In this document: piece after piece, positions 54,778-55,892 of the stretch
Layout of the letters: each line of letters starts with the position of its first letter
Numbering within the stretch: position 1 is the stretch's first letter
Translations under genes and position numbers: made by a program
Virus record (IMG/VR): IMGVR_UViG_3300033513_000008
Span: 1 to 55,892 of that record
Length of the DNA stretch: 55,892 nucleotides
Strand: one strand, 5' to 3'
From: a virus
Taxonomy: Duplodnaviria; Caudoviricetes
Notes under the pieces: generated by a model
Told to the model about the DNA's origin: nothing
Database searches by the model: none
The model's input: only the letters and a program-made list of their open reading frames with translations

Positions 54778-55520
54778 GATTGCGCCCTCTTGGCGATGCT
54801 CATGATGAGCGCCTTATTCTCGCGCCAGAACTCCAGCGCGTTCGCGTCCATCCGCGCGATCCGCTCGTCGGTGAAAGCTTCCCACTGGCCGATTGTGTGG
54901 CACTGACATCCGATTTGGATTTGCTCGTCAGACACTGCGACAGGCCAGCGCAAACCATTAATCGCCAGCAGATTCTTTGCCGGCTTCCCGGCCCACTTCA
55001 AAACCCCCGAGCAGTCCGAGCAGTCCGAGCAGCGCGAGCAGTCCGAGCAGTCCGAGCAGTCCGAGCAGTCCGAGCAGTCCGAGCAGTACGAGCAGCGCGA
55101 GCAGTCCGGGCAGCGCGAGCAGCGCGAGCAGTCCGGGCAGCGCGAGCAGCGCGAGCAGCGCGAGCAGTCCGAGCAGTCCGAGCAGTACGAGCAGTCCGAG
55201 CAGTCCGAGCAGCGCGAGCAGTCCGAGCAGCGCGAGCAGCGCGAGCAGCGCGAGCAGTCCGAGCAGCGCGAGCAGTACGAGCAGTCCGAGCAGCGCGAGC
55301 AGTACGAGCAGCCCGAGCAGCCCGAGCAGTACGAGCAGTCCGAGCAGTCCGAGCAGCGCGAGCAGTCCGAGCAGTCCGAGCAGTCCGAGCAGTCCGAGCA
55401 GTACGAGCAGCGCGAGCAGCCGTTTGCGTCCATCGCGTCAGCTTGCGCGTCAGCAAGTTCTTGCGATACGTATGAGGCGCCGACGTTTCCTTTCGGTGTC
55501 CTTTGGGTTTCATATCTCAT
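54774..55520 (-). CDS. Cys-rich (CSx)46 repeat protein with a small C-terminal domain
   Basis: GGAG RBS; 46 C-S/P-x triplets; C-terminal IQIGCQCHT..QW..F....I..MD..AL.FW domain of the kind seen after repeats in phage proteins. Confidence 0.85.
   Translation of the reverse strand: MRYETQRTPKGNVGASYVSQELADAQADAMDANGCSRCSYCSDCSDCSDCSDCSRCSDCSDCSYCSGCSGCSYCSRCSDCSYCSRCSDCSRCSRCSRCSDCSRCSDCSDCSYCSDCSDCSRCSRCSRCPDCSRCSRCPDCSRCSYCSDCSDCSDCSDCSDCSRCSDCSDCSGVLKWAGKPAKNLLAINGLRWPVAVSDEQIQIGCQCHTIGQWEAFTDERIARMDANALEFWRENKALIMSIAKRAQS
55005..55418 (-). repeat. 46 x 9-bp tandem repeat TGCTCG(GAC/CGC/TAC/GGC)
   Basis: Directly visible gagcagtcc/gagcagcgc/gagcagtac array. Confidence 0.95.
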
Positions 55521-55521
55521 G

Positions 55522-55725
55522 TCATTCTCCATCCTTGTAGTGGCCGTATCCTGCGTCTATCAACATCTTCGCCGTGCGGCCATACCAGCCTTGCAGCTTC
55601 CACACGTCGCCGCAGTCGATCAGGAATTGAAACGCTTCGATGCGTTCCTCGTCCGTTGCATCCTCGCCGCCGCAGAAGCCTTCGGCGATACAGCAGGCGT
55701 CGTATGATGTTTGGCTGTTGATCAT
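55522..55725 (-). CDS. hypothetical early protein (FQFLIDCG.VWKLQGWYGRTA..LI)
   Basis: AAGGA RBS; ATGA coupling. Confidence 0.8.
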   Translation of the reverse strand: MINSQTSYDACCIAEGFCGGEDATDEERIEAFQFLIDCGDVWKLQGWYGRTAKMLIDAGYGHYKDGE

Positions 55726-55892
55726 GATATGTCCTTCGCCTTTTCCCAGATCGCCTGAAAATCGATTTTCTTACCTGCGGCGGCGTCGGCGGCGGCGTCG
55801 GCGGCGTTGGCGGCGGCGTAGGCGGCGTAGGCGGCGTCGGCGGCGTAGGCGGCGTCGGCGGCGTAGACGGCGTAGACGGCGTAGACGGCGGC
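55722..55892 (-). CDS. 3' part of the same junction-spanning Ala-rich gene
   Basis: 57 codons in frame with 618..1 (AAVYAVYAVYAADAAY...AGKKIDFQAIWEKAKDIS*); the stop overlaps the ATG of the next gene (ATGA). Confidence 0.8.
   Translation of the reverse strand, partial: AAVYAVYAVYAADAAYAADAAYAAYAAANAADAAADAAAGKKIDFQAIWEKAKDIS

Noticed and set aside
55005-55418. CRISPR array or DGR-like repeat
   Set aside because: Units are contiguous 9-mers with no unique spacers and are explained as a coding repeat.
54780-55540. Alternative-frame ORFs (RAV, SSP and ART repeats)
   Set aside because: They are stop-free shadows of the 9-bp array; only the CSx frame has an RBS, operon coupling and a globular C-terminal domain.

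Overview
The window looks like an essentially complete ~55.9-kb tailed-phage genome with podovirus architecture, broadly like BPP-1, epsilon15 or APSE. It is opened inside an Ala-rich repeat gene that reads in frame from position 1 across to position 55892. Layout: (i) 2.4-31 kb on + carries terminase, T7/BPP-1-type portal, scaffold, capsid, tail tube A/B, three ejection proteins (one with an SLT domain, one of 2382 aa), tail fibres and lysis genes; (ii) 31-40.7 kb on - carries an SNF2 helicase, VRR-NUC, family A DNA polymerase, DUF2815-type SSB and DUF2800-type nuclease; (iii) 40.8-47 kb on + carries a metallophosphoesterase, Cro-like regulator, primase-helicase and nucleotide hydrolases; (iv) a terminator-bounded 4.7-kb gene encodes a signal-peptide-bearing beta-helix/10-repeat/CBM protein; (v) a leftward early operon of small genes runs from 1.55 kb through the junction to 51.8 kb. 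I saw no integrase, reverse transcriptase, tRNA or CRISPR array. The strongest candidate for a new system is an HD-GYP-like domain and a SAM-lyase-like domain placed in tandem inside the giant ejected protein, echoed by a free-standing SAM-lyase-like gene coupled to a PRTase in the early operon. Together these suggest a two-stage (injected, then early) counter-defence nucleotide/SAM module. All family assignments are by eye from motifs; no database searches were run.
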